The notes beneath the pieces were generated by a model. The model made no database searches. It was not told the origin of the DNA and saw nothing but the letters and a program-made list of their open reading frames with translations. From Selaginella moellendorffii (Eukaryota; Plantae; Lycopodiophyta), in contig NW_003314269.1 of assembly GCF_000143415.4 (NCBI RefSeq), positions 148,401 to 212,400 on the forward strand: a stretch of 64,000 nucleotides of DNA, written 5' to 3'. Below are positions 61,425 through 64,000 of the stretch, one piece after another; position 1 is the first letter of the stretch; each line of letters starts with the position of its first letter. Made by a program: the position numbers and the translations under genes.

Positions 61425-62822
61425 TTAGTAGCCGCGTTGCTGCTGGTACTCCCTCCGCTTGTTTGGATCCCTTAACACCTCGTACGCCTCGGTGATCCTC
61501 ACAAAGTTGGCCTTGGCTTTAGCCTTGTTCCCGGGATCCTGGTGCCTGTCGGGGTGGTGCTTGAGCGCCAGCGCCCGGAACGCCGCCTTGATCTCGCTCT
61601 CGGACGCGCCGGGCTGGAGACCCAGCCTCGCGTAGTAGCCCTTTGGATCCGGATTGCTGCCGCCACCACCATAGCCAGAAGAAGGCTCCTCCTGCCTCTG
61701 GCGAGAGTAATCCGATCGCCGGTATCTAGTCTGCTCTTCGTAAAACCTGCGCTGCCTCGCCTCCTCCCGCCTTGTCTGCTGCTTCCGCGCGAGCTCCTCC
61801 CACATCTCGTAAGCGTTCACGTACTCCTGGCCCCAGTCCCTCCAGACGTGCTGCGCGCTCTCTCTTACTCGCCACCACTCTCGAAACCGGAGCACCAGAA
61901 CCGGGAAGAGCAACGCCACGGTACTGGCGATGGTCGCCGCCACCACGCACGCTCCCAGCGGCACGGAGCCGGACATGTGGTACGCCATCGCCGCGCAGGC
62001 CATGCCGCCACCGATTGCCGCCAGCGGTGCGTGGTAGAGCCTCTGGCCACCGACAGCGGAGCTTCTCGCGCCGTGGACGAACGTCCGCACCATCTCGGTG
62101 AAGTAGGAGCTCTCGAAGATGTAGACGGGTACGTAGATGGGTGCCACCAGCACGCTGTCCATCAGGAAGTCGAGGTTGATCCCTCTCGCGTCCCAAGACC
62201 CCGGGAAGATCCTGAGCAGGAAGTCGCGAGCGTTGGCCTGAGCTTGACGGTACACAGCCGTCTTGGCCAAGTCCAGAGCTGCCTGTGCGTTCATCCGGAA
62301 CTCCTCCAGTCCTCTCACTCCGTCTGGACCCTCCACCATCTCGGGAGTCAGCCTGGTTGCACCGCTGAAACAGCCGACGCATCTCAGCCCGTTGACATAG
62401 GCCCTGCGGTACTCGTAGGAAGCGTATATCTGCATGTCGAGGTCCTCGTTGGGATCATGCCTGCGTTCCCAGGAGGGTCTCTCATTCTTCGAGAAGTAGA
62501 CGAGCTGCCACGATGTGTAAGTCTCCATCCTCTTCGTGGCGAAGTTGTACCTGTGCTTGAGGTAGCCGATTTGAGCGCTGTCGATGGCCACCTTGGCCAC
62601 GGAGCACACTGCCCAGAATGGTAGAAACCTCTCCTTGACGCTCGGGGACAGCGACGGGACGTAGGAGATGACGGAGCTGTGGTAGGCGTCGTAGTCTGAC
62701 CTTGCATCTTCTCGGGAGCGAGTGAAGGGCACGGCACGGAGATGCTCCACCGACGGGCCAGCGCTGGAAGAGATCGATCGCCGGAGCTTCTTGCCTGCGC
62801 AAACCGCCCTAATCAGAAACAT
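61425..62822 (-). CDS. Membrane protein with C-terminal J-domain (DnaJ), intronless
   Basis: DPKGYYARLGL..ASESEIKAAFRALALKHHPD..F..ITEAYEVLRDP at the C-terminus; two hydrophobic segments upstream. Confidence 0.88.
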   Translation of the reverse strand: MFLIRAVCAGKKLRRSISSSAGPSVEHLRAVPFTRSREDARSDYDAYHSSVISYVPSLSPSVKERFLPFWAVCSVAKVAIDSAQIGYLKHRYNFATKRMETYTSWQLVYFSKNERPSWERRHDPNEDLDMQIYASYEYRRAYVNGLRCVGCFSGATRLTPEMVEGPDGVRGLEEFRMNAQAALDLAKTAVYRQAQANARDFLLRIFPGSWDARGINLDFLMDSVLVAPIYVPVYIFESSYFTEMVRTFVHGARSSAVGGQRLYHAPLAAIGGGMACAAMAYHMSGSVPLGACVVAATIASTVALLFPVLVLRFREWWRVRESAQHVWRDWGQEYVNAYEMWEELARKQQTRREEARQRRFYEEQTRYRRSDYSRQRQEEPSSGYGGGGSNPDPKGYYARLGLQPGASESEIKAAFRALALKHHPDRHQDPGNKAKAKANFVRITEAYEVLRDPNKRREYQQQRGY

Positions 62823-62858
62823 TCCTTTGAGCGAAAGTTTTTTTTTCTTACCCGGCTC

Positions 62859-64000
62859 TCACTCGACTTTGGGTCTTTTAATTTTCAGCTTGAAACCACC
62901 TTCTCCAGGCCTCTGAAGAAAGAAAACCATGAGAAGATCACAAGCAAAGCTTCGATCATACCTTGGTAGCAGTAACTTGTGGTTGTGGTGGTGGTGTACT
63001 CGTTGCTGATGAAGCTTGCACCGGCGGAGCTGACATGTTTGCGTCGCTTATTTCCTGCTTCACTTTGAGGAGAATGCTGGGTTGGCGAACGGCGGTCTCG
63101 CTTTCGTTTACTTGGCTGGCAGGAACAACCGCAACGTCAGAGCCGGGCGATTGATTCTCGTTCTTAGGCTGCTGCTCTGTTCCCTCGCGCTTGTGCCTGT
63201 CCTTGTCCTTCTTGTGTTTCTTATCCTTGTGCTTCTTTTCTTTCTTCTCCTTTCGATCTTTCTTGTCCTTCTTCTCTTTCTTCTCCTTCTTCTTCTCCTT
63301 CTTGTCTTTCCTGTCCTTGTCTTTCTTCTCCTTCCTCTCCTCCTTTTGAGAAGCCTCAGCTACTTGTTCGTCTACAGCTTCGTTTCTCGCAACTGGTGCT
63401 TCCGGAACAGGATTTACGTCGATGACTTCGATGAGATCCTTGAACTGCGAGCTGCCAAGACTGTCGTCAATGTCCATCTTCTCTGGACCGACAAGCACCG
63501 AAGCTTCGGCCGCCTGGCTGCTCGAGCTCGAAGGCTTCGCTGCCTGCGGTTGATCTATCGTACTTGACTTGGCGCTCTTCACACTTTCAGGAGCAGTAGT
63601 CGGAGAAGGCAATTTGAGTAGAGCGTCCGCATTTTGGAAGGTACTGGATTTTAGCCGCAAAGTCAATTTTCCAGCTTTCTGTTGTTCTGGTTCCTTCTTC
63701 GCGGCCTGGATCACACGCACCTTAAGCTTTGAAACATCAACATCATCTTTCTTTCCCGTGGGTGATAATAATACGGGTCCTTTTGGTGGGAGCCTACTCA
63801 CTCGTAGCAACGTTGCAGGCCTGCAATAGACGTCAGCAGTGTAGCACAATTCAACGGGTGAGAAATGCTTACTTTCCCGCGAGAACTTGCAAGATAGAGA
63901 AAATATAATGCCTCAACTTGTGATTCACGGCACATTGTTCACTTTCAAAAAACTCCAGGAGCGACGAGACAGTCGAAGAATCCACAGACGACGTTGACGC
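62859..64000 (-). CDS. TAF2: TFIID subunit 2, 3' end (gene continues beyond the window)
   Basis: NHKLRHYIFSILQVLAGK/RPATLL resembles the plant TAF2 C-terminal region; it is followed by the Lys/His-rich tail typical of TAF2. Confidence 0.7.

Overview
Eukaryotic plant nuclear DNA. The very short (~50-60 nt) introns and tight gene packing suggest a lycophyte such as Selaginella (inference). Positions 1-21.2 kb are a nested transposon block: an AT-eroded old Ty3/Gypsy copy (~2.0-4.8 kb) and a younger copy of the same family (4840-21225). The younger copy is interrupted by (i) a ~9.7-kb TIR-bounded DNA transposon (7335-17055) and (ii) a Cassandra-type TRIM with 5S-rRNA-like LTRs (19775-20823). The DNA transposon is the most unusual object. 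It carries a decayed Sola2-like transposase and a divergently oriented multi-exon cargo gene with a ParB/DGQHR-like domain followed by a degenerate N4/N6 DNA-methyltransferase-like domain. It also carries >20 copies of one 22-bp palindrome (ATGGCRTGWGGCCWCAYGCCAT), one copy in nearly every intron of the cargo gene. Positions 21.3-64 kb are gene-dense: NEET, ANK-AAA, malonyl-CoA decarboxylase, 13-LOX, bromodomain protein, MATE, a tail-to-tail Harbinger nuclease / Myb-SANT+SAM pair, WD40, rhodanese, RPL28, SIS3-like, PRDA1-like, ATG7, VOC/glyoxalase, an AT-rich intronless bulb-lectin gene, ENY2, AK6, DUF569, TFIIB, a J-domain protein and the 3' end of TAF2. All calls come from motif recognition by eye; no searches were run, and CDS spans include introns.
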